64,000 nt of DNA from assembly GCA_963693365.1 (NCBI GenBank), contig CAVNZM010000014.1:310001-374000 (forward strand), given 5' to 3'. The position numbers and the translations under genes are program-made. The notes under the pieces are model-generated. The model saw only the letters and a program-made list of their open reading frames with translations, was not told the origin of the DNA and ran no database searches. Position 1 is the first letter of the stretch. Each line of letters opens with the position of its first letter. The stretch is from Amoebidium appalachense. Lineage: Eukaryota; Protista; Ichthyosporea. Positions 27,315-59,039 of the stretch are shown here, one piece after another.

Positions 27315-29780
27315 AATCCCCCAAATCCCCTCCACCTCCCTCTGCCCCACTCAACCAAATAATAAAACCAATAATGGGGGGGGGGGGGGGGGGGAAGCCC
27401 TCCCCCTCCTGCATCAACATGTGAATGTTGCATGCAACTAGAGAAACCCTTGGCTGACACCTATCCCCCCCCCCTGCAGGTTGACCCCGTGACGCTGTAC
27501 AACCTCGTGTCCACGGTCGAGGCCCTTGTGAGCAGTGGCATCACGGACCCGTACGAGTTCTACGAGTATGTGCACGTGTCTGAGGTCGGCAACACCAGCG
27601 GTGGCGGTGTGGGTGGTATGCGCTCCAACATCGAGATGTACAAGGACCGCTTCCTTGACAAGCCCGTTGCAGGCGACAAGCTTCAGGAGACATTCATTAA
27701 CACCATGCCCGCATGGGTCAACCTGCTCCTTCTGTCCTCCAGCGGCCCCATCAAGTCCCCTGTGGGTGCATGCGCCACGGCCGTGCAGTCCGTTGAGATT
27801 GGTGTTGAGACCATCCTCTCTGGCAAGGCCAAGATTGTCATTGCCGGTGGTTACGATGATTTCCAGGAGCCGGGCTCATACGAGTTTGCACAGATGCGTG
27901 CCACCTCCAACACCGAGGATGAGTATGCCGCTGGGCGCACACCTCGCGAGATGTCTCGTCCCGCCACCACCACCCGTGCCGGGTTCATGGAGGCTATGGG
28001 TGCAGGCAACCACATTCTCATGTCTGCCGAGCTTGCCATCAAGATCGGTGTGCCCATCTACGGTATTGTGGCCCTGACTAACACGGCCACGGACAAGGAG
28101 GGCCGCAGCATCCCCGCACCCGGGCAGGGCATCCTGACCACGGCACGGGAGCACCACGGCCAGCGCCTGCCGCAGCTCATGGACCTCAAGTACCGCAAGA
28201 GGCAGCTGGACTTTGCCTCCAAGCACATCAAGGTGTGTACCTACCTCCCCCCCCCTTCTGTTTCTTCAAAACACCCACTCATGGCCCACACACACACACA
28301 TGTACCCACACATACGTTTAGTCAGCTACCCTTCCCCACCCAACTGCTCTTGTTCCCTCAACATGCACACACATGCCCATGTGCACTCACACATTGCACA
28401 TCCCCCTCCCCCCCTCTCCTCCCCTCGCCCTCTGAGCCCATCACACATACATCTATACACATGACTCACACTCCCCCTCCCTTTCAGCTGTGGATGGAGA
28501 CCGAGATCTCTCTCCTTCGCGACGAGGTCGAGACCGGCCTGCCCGAGGGTGAGTTTGCCCTCCGTGTGGCCGAGATCGAAAAGGAGGCAGAGCGTCAGCG
28601 CAAGGCCGCCATTGCCACCTGGGGCAACGAGTTCTACAAGAACAACACAGAGATCTCCCCTCTGCGCGGTGCCCTTGCCGTGTTCGGCCTGACCGCTGAT
28701 GACATTGGTGTTGCCTCCTTCCACGGCACAAGCACCAAGGCCAACGACAAGAACGAATCCAGCGTGCTTCATGCCCAGCTGGCCCATATTGGCCGCACCC
28801 CGGGCAACCCCGTGCCGGGTGTGTTCCAGAAATACCTCACCGGCCACCCCAAGGGCGCTGCGTGCGCGTGGATGCTCAACGGTGTGCTGCAGTGCATGCA
28901 AGATGGTGTGGTGCCGGGCAACCGCAATGCCGACAACATTGACGAGGTGATGGCGCAGTTCACCAATGTGCTGTACCCCAGCCACACGCTCAAGGTGGGC
29001 CACATCAAGGCCGGCCTGATCAAGTCCTTCGGCTTCGGCCAGGTGGGTGGTGAGGCCCTTGTGATCCACCCCGACTATGTTCTTGGTCTGCTGGAGAAGG
29101 CCGATCTCGAGGCCTACCTCGCCAAGCGTCAGGTGCGTGAGGCTGCATCGTACCGCTACTTCCACGATGCCATCAGCAACACCAAGCCCTATGTGCGCGT
29201 CAAGACCAGCCCCCCCTACACCGTGGACCAGGAGCGCACGGTCTACCTCAACCCCGAGGCCCGCGCCCACTTCGACAAGGCCAGCGGCTCATGGAAGTAC
29301 AGCAACCAGGGTGCCGCCGGTCGTGTGTCCCACCCAGGCAAGGACCGTATGGCCCAGGCACTAGAGGCCACCCTTGAGAAGACCGCCGGGGGCGCTGCCC
29401 GTGGGTTCGGTGTTGACGTGGAGCAGGTTGCGGCTGTGAACGTGTCCAACCCGACGTTCCTCGAGCGCAACTTCACCCAGGCCGAGATCGACTATTGCAA
29501 CGCGGCCGCTGACCCCCAGGCAAGCTTTGCCGGGCGCTGGTCTGCCAAGGAGGCTGTGATCAAGGCCATCTCCAACCTGCACCCTGACACCCCGGCTGGG
29601 TGGCTCGGTGCTGGCGCCGGCTTGAAGAATATTGAGGTGCTGCCCTCAGAGTCTAAGGCCCCTGTGGTGGTGCTGCATGGCGCTGCTGCGGATGTTGCAA
29701 AGAAGGCAGGCGCCAAGGAGGTGAAAGTGAGCATCAGCCATAGCGGGGAGTATGCCGTCGCCACCGCCATTGCACAATAA
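10805..29780 (+). CDS. FAS: Single-chain fungal-type (microbial) type I fatty acid synthase, AT-ER-DH-MPT-ACP-ACP-KR-KS-PPT, about 4076 aa. Exons: 10805-10972, 11513-11827, 12051-12203, 12993-13202, 14108-14578, 14867-15053, 16256-18265, 18953-21709, 21953-22713, 22989-25197, 25523-25761, 26067-26408, 26665-26781, 27022-27267, 27480-28232, 28488-29780
   Basis: All 15 GT-AG introns are phase-compatible, giving a 12231-nt CDS. Motifs: AT FGGQG and GHSQ|G; [13 protein letters not shown]; [10 protein letters not shown] and HGMW; MPT FTGQGSQ, GHSLGEY and VPFHS; [13 protein letters not shown]; ACP GGKST twice; [11 protein letters not shown] and YAESK; [15 protein letters not shown] and TGHPKGAA; PPT GVDVE...WSAKEA. 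Confidence 0.96.
13728..13857 (+). mobile_element. Poly(C)-anchored retroposon-like repeat, short copy (FAS intron 4)
   Basis: Near-identical to about 47082-47210. Flanked by the direct repeat CCCCATCTGTGCAT (13714-13727 and 13858-13871). Confidence 0.8.
15897..16109 (+). mobile_element. Poly(C)-anchored retroposon-like repeat, medium copy (FAS intron 6)
   Basis: Matches about 46998-47210 with few mismatches. Poly(C) on both sides. Confidence 0.8.
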
Positions 29781-31262
29781 CGCACGGGCACGTGCACAAA
29801 ACACAAATTAGCATACACACGCACACATATCTAGTATTATTACATACATAGCAACAAAAAAGTGTGAAGCGAATGCGGGCCTACGGGTACTGCGGCACAA
29901 AAGAAAACTTGATTGATTTTTTCCAAGTGTATGATCGTATATAGTCCGACTGGTGAGTGATGTCTTCCCCCTAGTATATGGAAGCACTAGTATATATTGT
30001 GGACATGCATGGTCGTGGTGGTGCCACAGTGTGGCCACCCGGCCTGCAGCTTTGTATATGGCCGACTGATTGACGCTATGACCGGCCGCCCGCACACCAT
30101 TGGTCAATTATCACGTGCTCTTTGGGGAGGCCAGGCCTCATTGGGCGGTGGTATGGCCGTGGTTGGGGTAGGGTGTGGGTGGGAGGGGAGGCCAGGCCCC
30201 AACTGCTCGTGCTCGACTCTGCGTGTTGGTGCGCCCATGAGGAAATAGTAAATACAGGGAGCTGTGCCCCTGATCGAGATTGTACTATACACATGTGCCC
30301 TGTTGTCTCTGAACCCCCCCCCCCCACACACGCACGCACGAACCACCACTACCACCATTACCCAAAACACACACATCCACACACTCACCACCACTTTCAA
30401 AACACACACACACAACACACCACCACCACCACCCAAAGCACACACACACACAAACACCACCACTGTCCCAAACGACACGCACAGTCGTACAGCACACAAC
30501 ACCGTGGCACACACAGCACCAACACCTCAATAATTCTCGATCCATGACAAGATAAGAAAGCAGCCTACCCCTCCTCCCCCCAAATTTCAACCCAACCAAT
30601 ACAAAAAACACAAGTGTAAAGTGTGCAAAAAAGCACAAAATCATCACTTGATGCATATGCATGCAAAGGGAAAGGACCAATCAACTAACCTCCCCTTTCT
30701 CCCCCCCCCCCCCCCCCCCCCTCTCCCCCTCCGTCCTCCCCTCCTCCCCCCTCCCCTCCCTCCCCAAAGGCCCCTACCCGGCGCCTCAAGTCCTGTTCCA
30801 ACACTTCTACAAACACAACATGTATGACCTTCACCCGCCTGTGAGTCAGACGGACACCTTAAGTACACTACACGTGCACACTGGCTACCTGGTCCGGACA
30901 CAGTCGCCTATCACACAGAGAAGGTGAGATTGCAGTGTGCCAGGATGCCAGGTGCCTATGCCAGGTGCCCGTGGTAATTGTGTGTTAGGGAACCATGCCT
31001 GATGCCTTGGGTGGGGGAGGGGATAATTGCGGGGGGAGGTGGCAAGGGATTATGTATTGGTCCGAGTACTAAGGCTCAGCGGGACAGACTTCAAGATTGC
31101 ACAAAATAATTTAGGTGATGCATGCATGTACATTTGGAATGTTTTATTTTACTTTTGACTTAGGAGTTTCTTAGGGTTCCAGGTCGTGCCAGACCCGTAC
31201 GGATGGCATATGATTGGCGCGATCCACATCTAATCGACCCGAAAAGGCCCATCAAATTTGCC

Positions 31263-31295
<33 letters not shown>

Positions 31296-31531
31296 TGTGT
31301 GTGGTGGTAGCAGGGGGGGGGGGGGGGGGGGGGGGAGGGGGGGAGGGGGGCTCGAGGGGGGGGGGGAGGGGGGGGGGTTTCTTGGAACATAGCAGGAGGT
31401 AGGGGGGATTCTTATTCTTATATATATTTAAATTTATCTTCATTTACATTTACATTTACATTTTTCTTTATTTCAAATTGATTTTATTTTATTTTATTTT
31501 TAATTTTATTTAATTATTTTTTATTTTTTTT

Positions 31532-31588
<57 letters not shown>

Positions 31589-31831
31589 ATGAATTCATTA
31601 ACCAATCTCACAAAACAACTCATACCGTAATATCAAAATTTAGCAAGTACCTCTACCGGTGCGAAGACGAGTAGAGAGCTTGCGGAGAGATCTGTATGTA
31701 CGATAGAGTTCATGCCCATGGACACCCGAGACACTCTTGCATGTTGAGGGTTTTTATGAATTTTGTACGTGGGTGCCAGACTGTAGCTAGCTAGGGGCCA
31801 CGGGATAGAAAGGAAGTTAGCAACTATGTGC

Positions 31832-31867
<36 letters not shown>

Positions 31868-32029
31868 CCCCCCCCCCCTCCCCCTCGAGGTGTCCTTTCA
31901 GGACAGACCACTGTGTGGAGACCCCTTTACTTCCATGCAACCGGGCATGGTTGCTCTGTGTCGTGCATCTGTAAGCACGTACGCATTTTTCGCTGCACTG
32001 CTTTAGTTTGCACACACATCTTCACCGTT

Positions 32030-32319
32030 TTCTCACCATGCTTGCATAAGCAACCCTGCTCGTCTTTGATCAAGACGGGTTGACCCTTCCAAGTTCAGTT
32101 GATGCTGCTGTCTGAGTTGGAGAGTCGTATATACGCGGGCTAAGGAGTCGAAACTCAGACGCAATTGATGACTTGGGCCCTCCCTGAGGATAGGCTCTGC
32201 TTATGACACATACTGTGCGCATGGCTGATGTTGCATACTTGAATGTTTGCCTTTGCATGTGTCCTGCACCATGCTTCTCGTCGTGTACGCGTACTTCCTA
32301 CCGTGTTCCGCATTCAAAA
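32030..32319 (+). mobile_element. Divergent subfamily copy of the poly(C)-anchored repeat (may extend upstream to about 31885)
   Basis: Shares GCATAAGCAACCCTGCTCGTCT.TGATCAAGACGGG, TCTGAGTTGG, GTCGAAACTC, GATGAC.TGGGCCC.CCCTGAGGAT.GGCTCTGCTTAT, and the terminal GCATTCAAAA plus poly(C). Confidence 0.7.
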
Positions 32320-32625
32320 CCCCCCCCCCCCCCCCTCTCCGCCCGCCCCCCCCCCCCCCCTACCCCTCCCCTACCCTCCAACTCCCGCTCCCGTCCCACC
32401 TCCTCCAGCACTTCCTCCCCCAAATTTAACGCACGCACACACACACACATGCCACACATACACACACACAGACACACACGCACAGTTTCTCTTGCTCATA
32501 CACACCGTGACGTATACACACGTGCACACATACACACTGTGCGCACATGCACACCCACCCACACTCACACCCACACCCACACGGGTACATATGTGCACAC
32601 ACACGCGCGCGCGCACACACACACG

Positions 32626-32675
<50 letters not shown>

Positions 32676-33009
32676 CCGTGAAGCACGCGTACGTGTGCGC
32701 ACATGCACACATGCACAAGGCAAGCCTTTCCTGATTCCGTTACGGTACAAACTGATGCAGCTAGAAAACCACGAACACAATGTGGCATCGCCGGACGTGC
32801 CGGCATTGAATCACGACTCAAAATCGTCGTGTCACATGTGTGCACAACTCACGGGCGCTGTCATGATGATAAAAAACCAAGTTATTCGAGCATACTTCAT
32901 TCTGTGGGTAAAGCTGCCCGGTGCGATGCTTCACGGTGCTTGAATCTCGACTCAAGGCCTCCTACACTGTTTCCGGATCCTCCTGTGCACACTGGCCCAG
33001 TTGCGGTGG

Positions 33010-33190
33010 CATTGGGCAGCCGCCTAACAACACAGCCAATAGAAAACACTGCTTTGTGATATTTGCCGCGCTCTCCATACCAAACAATAGATCAACCAAT
33101 TATCAACTAGATTGACTTACGTAAGCAATTCCGGAATGTTCAGACTGAACACGTTAGTGCCGCTGATTGGCGGTGATTGACCAATCGTTG
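33010..33190 (+). promoter_or_regulatory. CCAAT-box cluster upstream of IRE1
   Basis: Five CCAAT/ATTGG pentamers (about 33011, 33036, 33096, 33166, 33181), 350-520 bp before the signal-peptide ATG. Confidence 0.35.
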
Positions 33191-33533
33191 TCAAGCGTGG
33201 CACTGTCGACGTGTTTCCGTTTGCGTCGCGTTCTGAAACTGTTGTTGTGTTGCGTTCTGAGTTTTTGAAAGGTTGACACCTTATAGTTTTGCTAACTGTA
33301 ACTTGTAAGTTTAGGCCTAAATATAACGGTTAGTGGTTTGTGAAGTTATACTTTGATGTATATAAGAGCTTCTATGTATGAGGTAAAGGGGGTCTTGTTG
33401 CTTGGTACCTCACATCAGTGCTTGTACCCAGGCTGTGGGATTTTGAGTGCGAGATTTGGTTGTCTACCTCATTAGTGCCAGTGGTGTCAAAGCTGATGTT
33501 AATGGATGAGCCTGGAGGGCACCATACGCCAAC

Positions 33534-52291
<18,758 letters not shown>

Positions 52292-52417
52292 AAGCAAATG
52301 GAACGAATGAACTAACGTACTAGCGGCAACTGTAGCTCACACAAACATGTTAACGTTTGTCTCCTTATCCCCCTCCCTCCCCCCCCTCCCCCCCCCCCCC
52401 CCCCCCCCCTCCCCCCC

Positions 52418-52455
<38 letters not shown>

Positions 52456-53635
52456 CCCGCCCCCTCCCCCCCCCAACTCACGGGTTTCACTTAGTAACAC
52501 ACGAACCGCCCCTTTATCGAGGGTGTACATATTTTTACTGGAGACTTGTGCTGCCCTACCAGAACATGAACGCACACACACTTACAGTATATACTTGTTT
52601 TTTTTTTTGTTCACGTTTTTGGGCCACGTTTGCGTGAGAAGGTTGGCTTATAACTTGGCATACACCCACAAACTAAGGCACACAGAAGAGGCAAATTCGT
52701 AGTAGTCAGAAGTGTCGCGCAGCTGGATTTTCGAATGCTTTTTCTTAGCTCTTGGCGGGGTGTATTTTCCGTTGTCCTTTCCCTCACCCCCTCCCCCCCC
52801 TTTTTTTTTACCGTGCATGAAAGTTGTTAGTGTGTTGTAGCTACATGGTAGATGCGAAAATCTCAGCAGGAGTTGTGAATATGTGATGGATTTTGCTTAA
52901 GTAGCTCAGATGAAGAGATTAAAAGATGGTGTTGATGCAGTTGTAGAGAAGACGACTCCCTGGTGGTGGCATGAACACACCGTGAATAAACACGCAATCA
53001 ACACAGTACACGTGAATCGGTTTGTATCAGCCAGCTAGCCCCCCCCCCCCCCCCCCCCCCCCCCCCACCACCACCACCACCACCACCACCACCACCACCA
53101 CCACCACCCACCGACCCACACACCTACCCCTACCCACCCACTCACCCACCCACACAGACACACACCCACCCAGGCTCCAACACAAACACACGCACACACT
53201 GACACTGTCACACGAGTGATGTCTCCCAGTCCCATGGCATTTTTTGATATGCACTTCGTGTGCATATACCAGAAATGTGGCTGACTTTCTTGCCCCTAGA
53301 GCCCTGGGTATACCACAAAAGGGCCCTAATTGCATAATTCGATTTTTTCTGAACCCGTATTCCCGTTGTGCATGTGACTACACGCATGCACATGCACGCA
53401 GAAACCGGCGCAAACCTCCTGGTTCGAGATCTCCCCTTGGAATATTTGTGAGCACCCAAGACACCCGACCAAATATTCAATAAGAAAAAACAACGAGAAA
53501 GCAATGAAATATGTATGCGTTGTTGATGGTTGGGTGGATGGTCATGATCATACATATGACTCGGGGGGGGGGGGGGGGGGGGGAGGCCTCGGGGATCTGA
53601 AGAGCCTGAAGGGGATCGGAAGGTTTCCCCCCTGT

Positions 53636-53671
<36 letters not shown>

Positions 53672-54504
53672 AGGGGGGGGGGAAGGGACACATGGCATGG
53701 CAACACATACACCCACACACACAAAGAACTGAATATTTCCTCAGAGTGATTTACAGTATGTCGTTATTACACCGTTTGAACAATATATTAGTCCTAGGCC
53801 TGTAATATTAAACCACATATTGAGTGGAAGTCAAAGTTTTACAGCCTGGCTATGCATGCTCATTAATAAAATACAACCAAGTATATGTACACACCTGATG
53901 AGGCTAGCAGGCTGCGAGTACACTGAGAGCACACTGCAGGCCTCCCTGATAATTAGGTGTTCAGGGGGCTGTTGGCTGCACAGCACGTGTTGTTGGCCGC
54001 TCAGTTGGCCTGCACTGCCAGAGCCGCCGGGAGGGGATCCGGGGGGGAGGGAAAGAGCGGGCCGTGATCAGGAAATCCCGAGGTTTGGTGACGTCACGGC
54101 TAGGCTCCAGTAGGCGGCCCTAACCGGGGCTAAGGCGGGAACTTTTTTCATGTACCCCATAATATTCAGCCTCCCGGAAAATTGAAACCTCATTTCCATA
54201 TGGTTATGATATTCTATTATGCGTGTAGCTATTAAATAAAGAAAATGGATTTGCTTTATAACGGTATACCATTTTGGAGTGTACTCTCATCGTTTTTTAC
54301 TACTATACGTAAGACAACATACAGTGCTCAATCCCCGGAACTGGGAAAAGGTAATTCCTCGCCCCACACATTATGAGGTTTGGGGGACCCTTCTTAGCCA
54401 TATATGGCTCATGACCTGCCAAATATAGCAAGTAGTTTCATAACTTTCCGTTTACTTGTGGGAAAGTCCAACCCACCACACCTTTTCACCGTTTTCTTCA
54501 AACT

Positions 54505-54985
54505 CACTCACACAACCTTCTTTGTAGAGACCCACACAACCTTCTTTATAAACGCTCGCACAACTTTTTATTTGTAGACAAGCACACAGCCTTTTTCTTT
54601 GTAGACACCCACACAAATTTCTCCTTTGTAGACACTCACACAACTTTCTTCTTTGTAAAAAGACACACAGCTTTCTTCTTTGTAGATGCTGACACTCACA
54701 CAACTTTCTTCTTTTTAGACACTCACACAACCTTCTTTGTAGACATTCACACAACCCTCTTTGTAGACACCAGCACAACCTTCTTTGTAGACACTCACAA
54801 AAACTTCTTTGTGAACACTCACACAACCTTTTTTGTAGACACTCACACAACCTTCTTTGGTAGACGCTAACAACCTTCACACAACCTCCGTTGTAGGCAC
54901 TTAAAAACCCTTCACACAACCTTTTTTTTTTTAGACACTCACAACTCTCACACAACCTTCTTTGTAGAGACTCGACATCTTCACC
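54505..54985 (+). repeat. Degenerate minisatellite of about 22-27 bp
   Basis: ACACAACCTTCTTTGTAGACACTC repeated more than 15 times with variants. This explains the spurious CECLQRRL ORF. Confidence 0.9.
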
Positions 54986-55124
54986 CCATGTTCTTCTAGA
55001 CACTCGAAATGTTCACGTAACCTACCAAACAGTCTTCCTCTGGACGCATCCAGGAGATACCCCAACCCACCCATTTCAAGCAGCTGCTGCTTAATAGCCT
55101 CTCTCCGGCCACCACCTTACAACC

Positions 55125-57573
55125 ATGGTGCCCCGTTTTGCCTCCGCGTCAATAGTGCCGGCAGACCCAGACGCAGGTGAGCTCTTCTCTGTTTCCATGT
55201 TGTGTGTGCACAGATGCTTGCGCTCTTTCCTTTGTTTTCAACTCTCCCCAAGCATATACACAAGTTAATCAGCCCCCCCCCCCCCCCCCCCCCTCCCCCC
55301 GCCGCCCCCCCCCCCCCCCCCCACCACCACCACCACCGCCATCACAACTAACACCACTTTCGTCTCCCCCCCCCCCCCCCCCCCCCTCCCCCCCCCTTCC
55401 CCCTCCCCCCACCTCCTAAAGCAGGCTGGGTAGCTATTTCGTTGGTTTGGTTTTGCTTTTACTCCCCCCTCCCCCCCCCCCTCCCCCTCACCTCCCCATC
55501 ATCTCCTGCATACACATCACACACTGACACTCTTTCTAGTTCACAGGCTGCCCCATAGCCGACCTCCCGACTGAGACACGAGCACACATTGTGAGCTTTC
55601 TGGGGCTCCAAGACAGGGGCCGACTTTCTCAGACATGCCGCCACATGGCCCATCTGGCCCGCAGTTCGCTTCCGGGCACAATCACACTGAAGTTGCCGCC
55701 TGGGAACCGACCCAAACAGTGGAGAAAGCCACTCTTTCCGTTTCTCGATGGATGGGCCTCAGCCATCGGGTGTGTTCACTTCAACTTCTGGAGTTTGTGC
55801 CGGGAGTTTGAAGCACATACGGACTACGCGGACGGAAGATTCGAGTTTGCTCTTGGGTGGGTGGCCAGAAGCCTGGCAGTGGAGGCAAACGTTGTTTCAT
55901 TGGTGTGGACCAGTGGGGAGGAAGAGGTGCCACAATAGGGGTATAGCACCTTCCACAGCACGTGCCTGCGCATTGTGCTCGAGCACATGGGTGGTTCGCT
56001 GAGGCGGGTCAGGCTGGTGGGTAGGCTCAGGAATGACCAAATGTACATGGGGTCTGCATGCGTCCATGCGGAATGGAAACTCTGCCCAAACCTGGTTGCC
56101 CTCGATTTACGCGGTTGTGTGATGCCCACTACACTGCCTGGGGCCAAACCAAACATGCGCACATTCAGGGCAAAGGGATGTTTATATGAGCATGATGCCA
56201 ATATTGTTTTAGATAAGCATGATGCCGAAGTTTTTTCCCTTCCACCGTCGTATTTTGAAAACATGCCGAACATAACTACACTAATGTTGAGGGCTCTATC
56301 TTTCGTCACGATGCCTTAGATTTTGTGCAAGCTGTCAGCCGGTGTACCAAGCTGCGGTCTTTGACGCTGTTGATCATATGTGGTGCTGGGCATGAACATC
56401 ATGGGCCACACGACGTGGTCGATCTCTCCCCACTTGCCTCATGCACACACATTGAATCCCTCAGTGTTACTATCCAGAAATTTAATGATGCATATGTGCA
56501 CACATTCAATCTGCCGGACCACCCTAACCTTCGCAAGCTACATGTAGGGCCACTCTCAGGCCGCCATTCCTTTTCCCCTTCCCGTCTGACCAGCATTACC
56601 CTGAGGGGACCGACAACAGCAACAAAGGCAACGCTCGTCGACTTCCCTAGCAACCATTTGCGGCAGTTAGATTTGTCCTTTGTGCGGTGGCCCAAGGCAA
56701 GCGTGCAGCTGCGAAACATGAAGTGGATGGAGAACCGAGCCTTTGGGGAAATGATTTGATGGCCGATGGGGAAGTGGTGAATCTGGCCAATCATCCTCGC
56801 CTGAGTACTCTCAGCCTGTCGGACAGGAGCGTGGTCGGTCTTGGTGTGGCACCACCACAGGGCCTATCGAGGCTGCAGACGGTAGAGATCGAATACTGCC
56901 CAAACATCACCAATATCAGCGCATTGGCCGGTAGCGCGGTAGAAAGGGTTGCCTTTAAGTACGACACCGCGTCAACGAAAAGCTCAGGCATCTACATGTT
57001 TCTAAAGCGGCGTGGCCTCAAACACACCATGTGCTTTTTGCCAGACCTGAGCGGCTTCATAGGATGCAGGAACCTTCGGGAGTTGACCGTGCACGCCTCC
57101 TCTTTGTCCAACATTGACGGGCTGGCCGGACTACCCATTTGCCGGCTTTCTCTGTGTGATACCCACCATCTCCAGAGTGTTGCGCCGCTAGCAAACTGCC
57201 CACACCTGAGTTATGTCTTTCTGGACAACATGCACGACATCAGCGCCCTGAGCCGATGCCCGAGCCTGGAGCGTTTAGAACTAGACTACTTCCCCAGGTC
57301 TGCGACGTATCCAGCCTGGCCGGGCACCCCTCACTCATTCAGTTAAGACTCGGGTACATGACGCCGCAGCATGCAAGCGTGGGGGCATTGACCACGTGCC
57401 CGAAACTGGGCTACTTTCCAATTCCTCAAGGTTGGCAGATGGTTCGGACTTTCACTTGCAGGCATTCATTCCCGAGGTACGCCTTTCCGACCATGAGCTC
57501 TGCCTATTTATTGTGCATGCTCTGCGTTGTTTGCCTTGTGCTGTCCATCCATAATAGTGTGATACCCATGTAA
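55125..57573 (+). pseudogene. Disrupted F-box/LRR gene
   Basis: Exon 55125-55176 splices to 55547, giving the F-box IADLPTETRAHIVSFLGLQDRGRLSQTCRHM. LRRs follow (DLSPLASCTHIESL, NITNISALAG, DISALSRCPSLERL). There is an in-frame TAG at 55936-55938 and frameshifts near 56315, 56700-56760 and 57295. Confidence 0.72.
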
Positions 57574-57602
57574 GTAATGCCTTCTACCTCCCCCCTCCCC
57601 CC

Positions 57603-57637
<35 letters not shown>

Positions 57638-58064
57638 CCTCCCCAGCCCTCACCCCTTTCCACCTCCATCCCTCTGTACACCCTCCGTATCCAGCACAAG
57701 CCCAAAATCCGAACAATCAAGAGTCATTCAGCTGTGTGTACAAGCATCCATAACCTACAGTCCGTAGCGGTATTTTAGCTATATACCTCACTGCTTCGAG
57801 TCGCAAGCCTCGTTTAATTTTATCCAATCGCACGTGTGGGTCGTTGAAGTACGTGACTTTTTGTGAAACAGTACTATCAAAATTGTTACAATGAAAGAGA
57901 GAAACTTGCTTGGTATTAGCAAGAAAGATTGATTCAAGGCCTAACCACTCTCCCCTAGCCTTATCCCCCCCCCCCCCCCCAAAAAAAAAGAAAACTCCCC
58001 CTCCCTTCTCCCCCCCCCCCCCCTCTTTTTCTAAACACGTACACATATACACACTGTACACACG

Positions 58065-58135
<71 letters not shown>

Positions 58136-59008
58136 GTGTGTGCGCGCAAAAACACACATTACAACCACCACCACCACCACCACCACCACCACCACCCAAT
58201 GCTACCTAATTAAAGTTTTTATGTGCGCAGTCACACACACGCCTTTTTAAACACAAGGGATGTAACCGTACATTGTTAACGTGCCGTCATTAAATCGCAT
58301 TCTCAACTTATGCTTGTTTCTGTGGCTCTATTCACTGTGTTGCGTTCAAAACTTTGAGCCTTTCTGTGGCCAATCAACCCCAAAGTGAGATAACTGGTAC
58401 CACATAGAAGCTCTCTGGTGTGGCAGAAACACTGTACGTGCCTAGCGCATGACCCCCACATGTACAGCTCACACCCCCAGATACTGTCCACTCATCTGTG
58501 TGCAGCGCAACGCCGGAAACAAGGGCCATGGATTGGGCAGCCAAGGGCCATAATGGGTTTGGTGGGCTCGGGGGTTGAATGATGCACATGACGCTATGCT
58601 CCCGTTTGTGTGACCGCAAGAATGGGTTTGCGAGATGGTGTGTTCGGCGCCCGTGGTGGTAGACATTTTGCTATTTTGCACACGCGCATGTAACACAGAA
58701 TTCCGGCAGCCGGCAAGTACACACATACACAGACACTCAAGTAGATTTACACATATCTACACACACACACACATACATCATAGCATTTGTAATACGCAGA
58801 CACACAGTGGCATGTGCATGCACACTGATGCATGCAACGCCAGAGATCGACTCGGGCTAATATTAGTACAAAATAACTCTGACCAACGTCATAATTTGCA
58901 CGAGTGTCGTGATTGGTGGAGTATCGGCTATCCACCCTTGTATAAATGTCCTCGGTTTGAATTCTTACTTATTTTTTATTTCATTCTTCTTCTTTTTTTT
59001 TTTTTTTT

Positions 59009-59039
<31 letters not shown>

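Noticed and set aside
16234-29270. Long antisense ORFs (371, 629, 635, 314 aa) opposite FAS
   Set aside because: These are the expected shadow of strong GC3 codon bias on the sense strand and show no recognisable motifs.
54452-55003. Cys-rich repeat protein (CECLQRRL)n
   Set aside because: It is the translation of a degenerate minisatellite whose unit lengths vary without regard to frame.
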